NCBI GenBank assembly: GCA_050250895.1
Contig: JBFWNU010000001.1
Span: 1,870,884-1,934,883, forward strand
Length of the DNA stretch: 64,000 nucleotides
Direction of reading: 5' to 3'
Origin: Vulcanimicrobiota bacterium
Lineage (GTDB): Bacteria > Vulcanimicrobiota > Xenobia > Xenobiales > JADMJV01
Below, piece by piece: positions 55,674 through 64,000 of the stretch; position 1 is the first letter of the stretch; every line of letters starts with the position of its first letter. The translations under genes were made by a program, and so were the position numbers. The notes below the pieces were generated by a model. It worked only from the letters and a program-made list of their open reading frames with translations, did no database searches and had not been told where the DNA came from.

Positions 55674-56826
55674 ACTCCAGTCACGGAGTCGCCCCGCCAA
55701 GCGAGAGAGGCGGAGGGGACTAGCACCCCCGACAGGTAACGGTCGAAGGGCTAGAGGTTAGACGCAAACCTTCGTGGTCTACCGCCCAAGCGATGCACCA
55801 GCAAGCGTCTCCAGAGTCTTCACTGGAAACGAGAAGACAGGGCTTGACGGCCAGTTTGGAACCCGCGAGGGGAAAGGGCGACCGGGGTAACTCGGAGCAG
55901 CCGCCAGAGAACGTCGAACAAGAGGCTCGGTTGGTGACCGGGTAGCGGAACGCTCGAGGCCGCGCCACACCACAGTGGCAAAAGAGAGCGAGGCGCACCA
56001 GCCTCGAGGTGTCCGGCCCCATCCGGTAATGTGGGGAGTGTCGTGACGGGCACAAGCGGAGCTGCGACGGTTCGAGCGTAAGCGAGAACTCAAGCCGCGA
56101 CGGTCGGCAGGCCGTGAACAAAGAGCGCAGGGGTGCATCCACCCAAAGGGATGCTGAAGTCACTCTCTAGTAGGAGTGATAGGGCCCACAGCCCGCGTAG
56201 GAACCGCGAGGGGAATGGCTGGCCGAGGAGACTCGAGCAGCGCCCACGAGGGGCACGATGTGGGGAGCCTGAGCGCAGGATGGCACTCGGGCAGCGGACC
56301 GAAGGTGGCCGCGCGAAGACGAGAGTCTTCGGGAAAGACTTCGGGGTTGCGATCTGACCAGAGAATCGCCCAGAGCCGACTGGGAAAACGGGAGGCGAGG
56401 CATCGCCTGAAAGCTCACGGTGGTGGAGCCGGGAGTGGCAACTCGGGCCAGACGCGAAGGCGTCGAACGGCGGGGGCGGAACTGCTAGAAACCGCGACGC
56501 GAGAGCGTGAAAAATGGAGCAGGGGTAGCATGCAGACCAGAGCTATGCGCAGCGTTTCGTCTGAAGGCATTCGAAACGAGGCCCGGCGCGCTAGACGGAC
56601 CCGCGAGGGGTAAAGATCCTGGCAACAGGAAGCCGGCTTAAGCGGACCACGGGAGCTTGGTGCAGGTGGGAAGGCGGCCAAGCAACGGTGACATTCGGTC
56701 TACCGTGACGCCCCAGCGTCGAATGCGAATGTTAGGGTCTTCGCCCCGAAAAAGCGAAGTCGGTTTGCCGGACTGGGAAGAAGGCAAGCTAACAAAGGAC
56801 GCGTTCTTCGGAGCGCGTCTTTTTCT
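55674..56826 (+). ncRNA. Candidate giant structured non-coding RNA (~1.15 kb)
   Basis: Bounded by promoter and terminator, no credible ORF, purine-rich strand, many GNRA/UUCG-capped hairpins. Confidence 0.7.
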
Positions 56827-56830
56827 ATTT
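56797..56830 (+). terminator. Intrinsic terminator
   Basis: GGACGCGTTC-TTCG-GAGCGCGTCT-TTTTCTATTT. Confidence 0.88.
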
Positions 56831-56863
56831 GCCTGGACGAGCTTTTGCTGCTAGCATTCGATC

Positions 56864-57151
56864 ATGGGCTTTGATGAACGGCTAGAGAGACTTGAGCAAC
56901 GAGTCGAGCGTGATGATCAGCATTTGGAGCGGGTGATAGTCACGCAGCGCGAGATTGTCCAAAAGGCCTTTGACCAGGTGAACCTGGCTTTACTTGAGCA
57001 GCAGATAGGCCTCAAGGCCTTCGCGGACAATACTCGAGACAGCCTGCGTGAATTGATTGAGTTGATGAAGGGCCAACGCGCCGAGAATGATCGCGAATTG
57101 GAAGCCATCAAGGCTCGTCTTGACCGGCTGGAGAGCCCTCCCGCGGCCTGA
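56864..57151 (+). CDS. Small coiled-coil hypothetical protein
   Basis: 95 aa; heptad patterns ERLERLEQRVE and IKARLDRLE. Confidence 0.65.
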   Translation: MGFDERLERLEQRVERDDQHLERVIVTQREIVQKAFDQVNLALLEQQIGLKAFADNTRDSLRELIELMKGQRAENDRELEAIKARLDRLESPPAA

Positions 57152-57154
57152 AGA

Positions 57155-60100
57155 CTACTCGCGGCGAGCGACCTGGATGTCGTTGACCCAGATCTCTTCC
57201 TCGTTGACCTCGAGATTGCCCTCCGACTCGTCCTCCATCGACTTTTTCAGGATCATGGTGTCGATGATGTCTTCTACCTTTTTCTCGAGAGGGCGGCCAT
57301 CCTTGGGGTCGAGCGCCTCGAGCATCTTCTGGAATTCGTCGAGCTTCAGGTTGTTGGTCTCGGCCTTGTTCAGGACGTTCTTGAGGGCCTTGAGACAGGC
57401 TCGGAGCGGGTCGACGGGCTGGCCTGACTGCAGACCCACCACCAGCACCTGGCGTCCGAAAGGACCGGCCTGGTGATAGAGTTCGAGGGCCGGCTTTTGA
57501 TGATATTCCCAGTTATAGCTGGCCTCTGGATAAGGTGGGTGGGCTTCCAGAGCTTTCTTCAGCCGGGTCACCTCGCTGCGGGCCTGCTCGAGATTGGCGC
57601 CGTCGCCCAGCAGATCGGCGGCGGCCGGATAGAACAGCCCCAACTCTTTGAGCAGGTCGAGGCGCTGGTCGAGGTTGGTGTTTGCGACCGGGTTCAAAAC
57701 GACCTTGACAGCCTTCGGGTCCTTCTTCTGGCTGAGTAGCTCGAGAAAGTAGAGGCGCGCCGCCTCGCAATCAGGCTTGAGCAGCTGGTTCTTGTAAAGG
57801 TCGAAGCTCGGCTTGAGGGTGTACTCCCACTGATACGAGTCCTCTGGATAGACCCGGGCGCCCTCGGCGGCCTGCTGGTATTGCGAGAGGTGCTCGCGCG
57901 CCACGTTCAAGGTCGTGCCCTGGCCCAGATCGGCTGCGAGCAGGTCGTACATCGGGCCGGCGAACTTGCCGCTCTGTAGCTCGCGGAAGACCTCGATGCG
58001 CTGATTCAGGTCAAGCCCCGGCACGTCGGGAAGCACGTGTTTGACCAGGGCGGGGCTCTGCTTGGCGGCAAGCAGTTCCAGGAAGAATTGCCGGGCCGGT
58101 TCAAGCTCGGGCTCGAGCAACTCGGAATAGAGGCCATAAACCGGCTTGAGGGTGTATTCCCAGTGATAAGGGTCCTCTGGATAGACCCGCGCCTTCTCGC
58201 CCGCGGTGGCAAACTGGGCCGTTCGCTGGCGGGCCTGCTCGAGGTCGTGGCCAGTCTTCATGTCCGCCAGCACCAGGTCATACATCTGGGTCGGGAACTT
58301 CTGTTTCTGGAACTCACCGAAAAGGTCGATCCGCTGGCTCAGGTCCAATCCCGCCACTTCGGGCAGGACATGCTTTACGCTGGTGGCGTCCTTTTTTTCG
58401 CGTAGAAGCTGCAAGAATAGCTGGCGGGCTGGGGCTCGCTCGTCGGCCAGCAATTCGTCTTTATAGAGTTGGTAGGGCTTTTCCAGGGTGTACTGCCAGT
58501 GATAGGGGTCTTCGGGGTAGACACGGGACCCTTCGCCGGCGGCGAAGAACTCGGCCGCTCGCTCTTTGGCCACCTCGAGCGTGGCGCCGGCTTCCAGCTC
58601 GGCCTTGACCAGCTCGTAAGATGGGTTGGGGAATTTACTCTGCTGGCACTCTCGAAACAGCTCGACCCGCTGGCTCAGCCTCAGACCCCTGACCTCGGGC
58701 AGTACGTGCCCGACGGCGGTGGCGTCCTTCTTCTCGCGCAGCAACTGCAAGAACAGCTCGCGTGCCGGCTCGCGAGCGGCATCGAGAAGTTCTCTCTGGT
58801 AAAACTGGTAGGGCTTCTCCAAGGTGTACTGCCAGTGGTAGGGGTCTTCGGGATAGACGCGCGCTTTGTCGCCAGCGGCGAACAGCTCGTCGACTCTTTG
58901 ACGGGCCTGGTCGAGGCTTTGACCGGCACCCATCTCGGCCGCGATCAAGTCGAATTTCTGGGTGGCAAACTTGCCTTCGCGCAATTCACGATAGAGCGTG
59001 ACCCGTCGTTGCAGGTCTAGACCGTTCACCTCTGGCAACAGATGCTTGACCGTTAAGGCGTCTTGCTGGTGGGACAGCATCTCGAGGAAGAGCTGCCTGG
59101 CCGGTTCACGGTCGGGCTTGAGCAATTCGGCCTGGTAGAAGTTGTAGGGCTTCTCGAGGGTGTATTGCCAATGGTAGGAGTCCTCGGAATAGACTCGTGC
59201 TTTCTCGGCCGCCGCCGCGTACTCGAGGGTTCGCTCGCGGGCCTGGTCGAGGCTGCGCCCCTGGGCCAGTTCCCCGCTGGCCAGCGCATAGAGGCGGTCT
59301 GGCAGGGGGTGTTGGCGCAAGGCTCTCATCAACTCGGTCCGCTGCTCGAGGTTGGTCGAGCCGGCTGGTTCAAAGAGCCTGGTGACGTCGACGGGTCGAC
59401 CGCCCTGGAGTTGCTCGAGATAGAGCGCGCGAGCCGGGGTTCGCTCGGGGGACGACAAGGTGGTTTTGACCAGGGTCAGGGCCGGCAGGGCCACTCGGTT
59501 TTCGAAATCGTAGGAGCCTTTGGCTCGGTCCAGGGCAGAGTTCAAGCCGGCTACCGCCCTGGTCGCCTCGGCGTGGGAGTTGCCGCTGGCCACCAGGTCC
59601 ATATGCAAATCGTAGAGCAGCTCGGGCTTGAAGCCTTTGCTGGCGGTGCTCAGGGCTTGCAGCCGCTCGGCCAGACTGCCCTGGCCCCGGTCGAGGCACT
59701 CCCTGTACTCGGACAGTTCGACGAGTTGGGTGGTGCTGGTGACCGCGGTCTTGAGATCGGCAGTCGCGAAGAGTTCGCGCACCTTGTCCGGCTGAGTGGG
59801 GACGGCCTGCACACAGGCCGCCACCGGGTCGTTGGCAAAGGCGGCGTAGAGGGCGGCCGGGCTCTGGCCGCCCAGCTTCGTGAGGCTGGCAAACCCCTCG
59901 GGGTCATCATCGAGCTGCTTAAGAGCGTTGCGCGCTTTGGTCAGCAGGTCGAGGTTGGCGTCGGGTTGATAGAGGCCAATCTGCTTCAAGGCCAGGGCCG
60001 CGTTCTTGGGCTGGTCCCCCAACAGGCGCAGGCGGGTCGCGATCTGCTCGGGGCTTAGCTGGTCGTGCATCGCCTCGATGACCCGGCGGTGGGGTGAACT

Positions 60101-60796
60101 CAAAGGATAGAGACGGGCCGGTTCGATATCACCCAGGTCAGCCCCCAAAGCTTCCACCAGCAAGGCGGCACCTTCGGCCGGGCTGGCTTGCAGGGCGACT
60201 TTGAAGGCGCTCAGATCGCGGGTCTTGACCGGCTTGTCGTGCTCGAGGCGGGCCAGGGGATAACCTTCTTGGAAGGCCACGATGGGGCCGTTGTCCTCCA
60301 GTTTGAGAAAGGCGTCATACAGGTTCGTCGTCTTGCCGCTCACCGGATCGAGCAGGGCGTGTCCGACCATGGCCGCGGCCTGGCTGGGGAGGGGCCGTGG
60401 GGTGCTGCCGGTCAGCGCTTGCTCTAGAACGGCCAGCTCGTCGAGGTTGCCCAGCCGACATTTCTGGCCGTCAATCTCGACCCTCAGACGGGAGCTGCCC
60501 TCGTTGAGGGCCTCGGCGGCTTGCTCTGGAGCCAGGGGCTGGTAGGCGTCGGTCCAGGGCCAGTGAAAGCGCTTGTGGTGGAAGAAGTGGCAGTCGAGCT
60601 TGGACAACTCGTCGGCCACGACCGGTCCGACCGGCCCGGTGGCGGCTGCCACCACGGCCTGGGTGACCGGGGCCGGAACGACAGGTTGCTCAGGCCGAGC
60701 CGTCAGCTCGACCTGGTCGGGAGAACTTTCGGTTTTCTTGCTCTCTGACGGGGCGCGGTAGACCGTCGGAAAGGAGGTCAGAGGCTTTATCCGCAT
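57155..60796 (-). CDS. Large helical repeat protein (~112-aa repeats)
   Basis: Five clear RVY(P/S)ED(P/S)Y(H/Q)W(Q/E)YTL repeats plus degenerate copies; start set at MRIKP (60796). Confidence 0.85.
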   Translation of the reverse strand: MRIKPLTSFPTVYRAPSESKKTESSPDQVELTARPEQPVVPAPVTQAVVAAATGPVGPVVADELSKLDCHFFHHKRFHWPWTDAYQPLAPEQAAEALNEGSSRLRVEIDGQKCRLGNLDELAVLEQALTGSTPRPLPSQAAAMVGHALLDPVSGKTTNLYDAFLKLEDNGPIVAFQEGYPLARLEHDKPVKTRDLSAFKVALQASPAEGAALLVEALGADLGDIEPARLYPLSSPHRRVIEAMHDQLSPEQIATRLRLLGDQPKNAALALKQIGLYQPDANLDLLTKARNALKQLDDDPEGFASLTKLGGQSPAALYAAFANDPVAACVQAVPTQPDKVRELFATADLKTAVTSTTQLVELSEYRECLDRGQGSLAERLQALSTASKGFKPELLYDLHMDLVASGNSHAEATRAVAGLNSALDRAKGSYDFENRVALPALTLVKTTLSSPERTPARALYLEQLQGGRPVDVTRLFEPAGSTNLEQRTELMRALRQHPLPDRLYALASGELAQGRSLDQARERTLEYAAAAEKARVYSEDSYHWQYTLEKPYNFYQAELLKPDREPARQLFLEMLSHQQDALTVKHLLPEVNGLDLQRRVTLYRELREGKFATQKFDLIAAEMGAGQSLDQARQRVDELFAAGDKARVYPEDPYHWQYTLEKPYQFYQRELLDAAREPARELFLQLLREKKDATAVGHVLPEVRGLRLSQRVELFRECQQSKFPNPSYELVKAELEAGATLEVAKERAAEFFAAGEGSRVYPEDPYHWQYTLEKPYQLYKDELLADERAPARQLFLQLLREKKDATSVKHVLPEVAGLDLSQRIDLFGEFQKQKFPTQMYDLVLADMKTGHDLEQARQRTAQFATAGEKARVYPEDPYHWEYTLKPVYGLYSELLEPELEPARQFFLELLAAKQSPALVKHVLPDVPGLDLNQRIEVFRELQSGKFAGPMYDLLAADLGQGTTLNVAREHLSQYQQAAEGARVYPEDSYQWEYTLKPSFDLYKNQLLKPDCEAARLYFLELLSQKKDPKAVKVVLNPVANTNLDQRLDLLKELGLFYPAAADLLGDGANLEQARSEVTRLKKALEAHPPYPEASYNWEYHQKPALELYHQAGPFGRQVLVVGLQSGQPVDPLRACLKALKNVLNKAETNNLKLDEFQKMLEALDPKDGRPLEKKVEDIIDTMILKKSMEDESEGNLEVNEEEIWVNDIQVARRE

Positions 60797-60872
60797 GCTG
60801 AGTCGAGAATATTTCAGCACCCGGAAAGAATGATGAAACGCGGCTCGACAACTACTCTTACCGCTACTTCCT

Positions 60873-61466
60873 TCAGTGAGTCGTGGGGGTGGGAGTGACT
60901 TCGATGGCGTTGGTGGCGTCAAAAGCCGGCTCGCTGACGGTGAAGTAGAGGGCCAGGACGTAGCCTACCAGGCGATTCGCCTCGGGGCCGGCCTCGACGG
61001 TGATAGTGCCCTGCTTGGCCAGGGCCGGGTCCATCGCACTGTAGAGTTCTCCGACGCGTTGCCAACGGAGCACATCGCCCACCACCAGGTCGCCATTACT
61101 CTCGACTCGCATGGGTCCGGGCTGGCCGTCGAGTTCGACCTCGCCTTGAGCGGTGAGCTTGACGCTCTGTCTTTGCCCGTCAGCCTCCATACGACCGTCA
61201 GGAAAGACCTGGAAATGCTTCTCCTGGGCCACCGACTTGATGGTGATGTTACCCTGGTCATCGCCGCTGATCCGAACGGTGTGCTCGGCCTCGCCTTCGG
61301 GACCGGCCAGAGTGAGGGTGAAAGGGGCGATGGTCAGATGCCCTTCGGCGGCCAGCGGGGTGGCGACCGCGGTTGCCATAGGAGTGGGGGTCGCCGTCGG
61401 TTGCGAGCAACCAACTAGAAGGGTGATGGCCAGCGCCACCGGCAAGAAGCTTCGAAGAGTGTTCAC
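60873..61466 (-). CDS. Hypothetical lipoprotein
   Basis: GTG start overlapping the upstream TGA; lipobox LLVGC followed by a Thr/Pro linker. Confidence 0.7.
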   Translation of the reverse strand: MNTLRSFLPVALAITLLVGCSQPTATPTPMATAVATPLAAEGHLTIAPFTLTLAGPEGEAEHTVRISGDDQGNITIKSVAQEKHFQVFPDGRMEADGQRQSVKLTAQGEVELDGQPGPMRVESNGDLVVGDVLRWQRVGELYSAMDPALAKQGTITVEAGPEANRLVGYVLALYFTVSEPAFDATNAIEVTPTPTTH

Positions 61467-62467
61467 GGCGTGTCTCTTTCGGCTGGAATCGGGCTCTCCT
61501 TCCCGGCTTGGAACTCGACCAACAGCGGGCGATGGTCCGAGAGCTTGACCGACGCGGTCCAGCATCCGGTCACGGTCAGGTCGGGCGAAAGCCAGGCATA
61601 GTCGATGCGCCAAAGCGGCAGGTGGGACTTGTAGGTCAGGCCCCAACCTGTCCCGTGCGTGAAAGCATCCTGGGCCAGCGAGCGCAGGCGCCAGTAGTGG
61701 TGGGAGCGCGGCGGCGTGTTGAAATCCCCCATCAAGAGGGTGGGCACGGGGTCATCCAGTAGCGTGAGTAGGGCGTCGATCTGGCGACGGCGGGTATCGG
61801 CGGTGAGTTGCAGACGCTGGGTCGCGCTGGCTTGTCCTTTGAGCTTGCCCTCGGGATCGCCCGTCATCAGGTGAACGTCGAGGACCCGCAGAGGAGAACC
61901 GTTGACTTCGACCGTGGCTTCGAGGGCCTGGCTCAAACCATCAAGAGAATGGGACTTCTGCTCGAGCACCGGCAAGCGCGTGAAGATGGCCAACTCGTCG
62001 CGGATGCCACCCCGGACCAACTGGTATCCGACCAGGCGCTCGGCCAGGATAGGCACGGGGTCGGGGTGGCCCGGAGCAATGGGCGTGCGAGCCTCTTGCA
62101 GGGCGATGATGTCGGGACTGTGCTTGAGCAGATAGTCGGCCAGGCGGGCCGGTCCGCCCAGGCCGGCCTGGATGTTGTAGCTAATGGCTCGTAAGCTGCC
62201 CGGGCGGGCCGGAGCCGACAACTGCAGGCCAGAGGCCAGTAGCAGAGGCAGCACCAGGGCGGAGGCGATGAGAGCCGGTCGCACTTTGAGCCACCAGGCC
62301 AGACCCGCCAGCAGAGGCAGAGGGGCCAGCCAAACCAGCGGGGGTGCATAGCAGGGCAACACCGTCACCCAGTGTCTCTCGGGCACCAGGCGGAAGTAGA
62401 CGGGAATCAAGCATAACCCGCCCGCGTAGCCAAGCAGCAAGGCGGTAGCCGCCTTTTGCCAGGTCAT
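61463..62467 (-). CDS. Membrane-anchored endonuclease/exonuclease/phosphatase (EEP) family protein
   Basis: 3 TMs, SYNI, ALQE, GDFN, RIDY, SDH. Confidence 0.9.
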   Translation of the reverse strand: MTWQKAATALLLGYAGGLCLIPVYFRLVPERHWVTVLPCYAPPLVWLAPLPLLAGLAWWLKVRPALIASALVLPLLLASGLQLSAPARPGSLRAISYNIQAGLGGPARLADYLLKHSPDIIALQEARTPIAPGHPDPVPILAERLVGYQLVRGGIRDELAIFTRLPVLEQKSHSLDGLSQALEATVEVNGSPLRVLDVHLMTGDPEGKLKGQASATQRLQLTADTRRRQIDALLTLLDDPVPTLLMGDFNTPPRSHHYWRLRSLAQDAFTHGTGWGLTYKSHLPLWRIDYAWLSPDLTVTGCWTASVKLSDHRPLLVEFQAGKESPIPAERDTP

Positions 62468-63999
62468 TCGTCGCGCCGGGCCACCGGAATGTCGTTAATC
62501 ACGATCTCGTCTTCGTTCAACTCGAGGCTGCCTCCCGAATCGACCTCTAGCGACTTCTTCAAGATGAGAGCCCCGAGCGTGGTCTTGATGCGTTCATCGA
62601 AGTCCCCTGCAGAGGCCGCGGCTAGCCCGGCCTGCAAGTCTTCTGGCTGGATGCCGACGGCGGCAGCCTGGCGGAGATCGTCTTTGAGTCCGGGCACGAG
62701 CCGTTGTAGCGAGTTCAAGGATTGTCCCTGGGCCAATCCGGCCAGCAAGACTTCTCGTCCGAGCGGCGGACTCGACTGGTAGAGGTCAAGCCCGTTGTGG
62801 ATGTGGCGAGAGGTGTTCTGCGGTGGAGCGCAGGATTGCAGCGCGTCCTTGAGGCGGGCTGCTTCGCTGCGAGCCTGCTCGAGAGTGGACCCCTCTTGCA
62901 GCCAGGCGAAGGCTGCTTCGGAGTACTCACCCAACTGGGCCAGCAGAGCCACTCGCTGTTCCAGGGTAGTGTTGGGCACCTCTTTCAAGGCCGCTTTGAT
63001 ATCGAGGGGTTGCTGCTTGTCGGCCAATAGTTTCAAGAAGAGTTTGCGGGCCGGCTCGCTACTGGGGGCGAGCAGGTGCTGGCTGTAGAATTCGTAGGGC
63101 TCGCGCACGGTGAGACGCCAGTGATCCGAGTCGGCCGGATACTTGCGACCCGATTCGGCCGCCCGGGCGAAGTCGGCGGTCATCGTCCTGGCTCGCTCGG
63201 GGGGCTGGCCGGACCGGACGGCTTGAGCGAAGAGGTCGTACATTTGGGAGCCGTGGGGCAGTCCGCCGAACTCTCGCAAGATGGACACCCGTTGGCCGAG
63301 ATCAAGGCCCGGTAGATCGGCCAGCGCGTGGTCGGCCTGGAGAGGGTCTTTCTTGTTGGCCAGCAACTCCAGAAAATACTCGCGGACCAGAGCCTTGTCA
63401 GGGGTCAGCAGATGGTCGCTGTAGTATTCCACCGCCGCCTTGAGGGTCAGGCGCCAGTGGTCTGAGTCGCTGGGATAGCGGCGACCGGTCTGGCCGGCCA
63501 CCGAAATGGCCCGAGCCAACTCTTTGGCCTCTTCGAGGCTGGCGCCCTGGTCAAGTCCGGCTTTGACCAGGTCATACATCGCAATGGGATAGTGGGTAGC
63601 CTGTAGCTCAGCAAACAGGTCGATGCGCGCCGGCAGGTCCAGGCCTCCGGCGGCCGGCAGAACGTGGGCCACCGAGTTGGCCTCTTTCTTGTCGGCCAGT
63701 AGTTTCAGAAAGAGCTGACGGGCCGGTTCGCGAGCGGGCGTCAGCAGTTCGTCGCGATAGAACTCATAAGCCGGATTAGCCGTCAGGCGCCAGTGGTCGG
63801 AGTCGCCCTGGTAGCGGCGTCCCTTTTCGGCCGCCTCGGCGAAGTCGCTGACCAGCCGCCGAGCCTGGTCGAGGTCTGAGCCAGCCGCGACGGCCGTGGT
63901 CAACAGGTCGTAGTAGTGACTTCCAAATTTGGCCTGATCGAGCTGCTCAAAGAGTTCCACTCTTCGTTCTAACGACAGACCCCTCACCTCGGGCAAGAC
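62464..63999 (-). CDS. Paralogous ~112-aa repeat protein, 5' end beyond window
   Basis: R(R/K)YxxDSDHWRLT..Y..LL.P..EPAR.LFL.LL repeats; C-terminus similar to that of 57155-60796. Confidence 0.85.
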   Translation of the reverse strand, partial: VLPEVRGLSLERRVELFEQLDQAKFGSHYYDLLTTAVAAGSDLDQARRLVSDFAEAAEKGRRYQGDSDHWRLTANPAYEFYRDELLTPAREPARQLFLKLLADKKEANSVAHVLPAAGGLDLPARIDLFAELQATHYPIAMYDLVKAGLDQGASLEEAKELARAISVAGQTGRRYPSDSDHWRLTLKAAVEYYSDHLLTPDKALVREYFLELLANKKDPLQADHALADLPGLDLGQRVSILREFGGLPHGSQMYDLFAQAVRSGQPPERARTMTADFARAAESGRKYPADSDHWRLTVREPYEFYSQHLLAPSSEPARKLFLKLLADKQQPLDIKAALKEVPNTTLEQRVALLAQLGEYSEAAFAWLQEGSTLEQARSEAARLKDALQSCAPPQNTSRHIHNGLDLYQSSPPLGREVLLAGLAQGQSLNSLQRLVPGLKDDLRQAAAVGIQPEDLQAGLAAASAGDFDERIKTTLGALILKKSLEVDSGGSLELNEDEIVINDIPVARRDE

Positions 64000-64000
64000 G

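Noticed and set aside
55720-56681. ORFs inside the large intergenic region (55720-56163, 56176-56613, 56415-56681 and others)
   Set aside because: No motifs or convincing starts, R/G/S-biased composition and mutually overlapping; better explained by structured RNA.
55674-56826. Group II intron, RNase P RNA, tmRNA or rRNA fragment
   Set aside because: No GUGYG start or domain V, no GAGGAAAGUCC P4 motif, no tRNA-like CCA end and no rRNA signatures; it does not interrupt a gene.

Overview
A 64 kb, roughly 65% GC bacterial chromosomal window with no phage, IS or CRISPR-cas genes. An SLH-anchored beta-barrel porin, several Hanks kinases and many leaderless secreted-type proteins suggest a diderm Terrabacteria lineage, possibly Eremiobacterota-like; this is inference only. 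Identifiable content: a glycosylation cassette, two subtilases, an ECF sigma factor, serA, trpC, an SRAP protein, tRNA-Sec, tRNA-Ser(GCU), a probable phosphoramidate/surface-polymer modification locus, sensor kinases, a B12 radical SAM enzyme, flotillin, pcp and two paralogous proteins built from a ~112-aa repeat. The most striking element is a ~1.15 kb region with no credible ORF (55674-56826). It has its own sigma70 promoter, dense GNRA/UUCG hairpins and an intrinsic terminator, and is a candidate giant structured ncRNA (GOLLD-like or new). Other notable items: a ~1.05 kb two-part array of hairpins joined by GAGAAGGGAGC linkers between serA and tRNA-Ser; a promoter-driven tRNA mimic with a broken acceptor stem; a recurring GTTAAC/GTTTAC-type operator; a PqqD-Tat-18Cys fusion; a clostripain-YidD-glycine-zipper fusion; and several apparent pseudoenzymes. 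All calls come from reading the sequence by eye; no searches were run.
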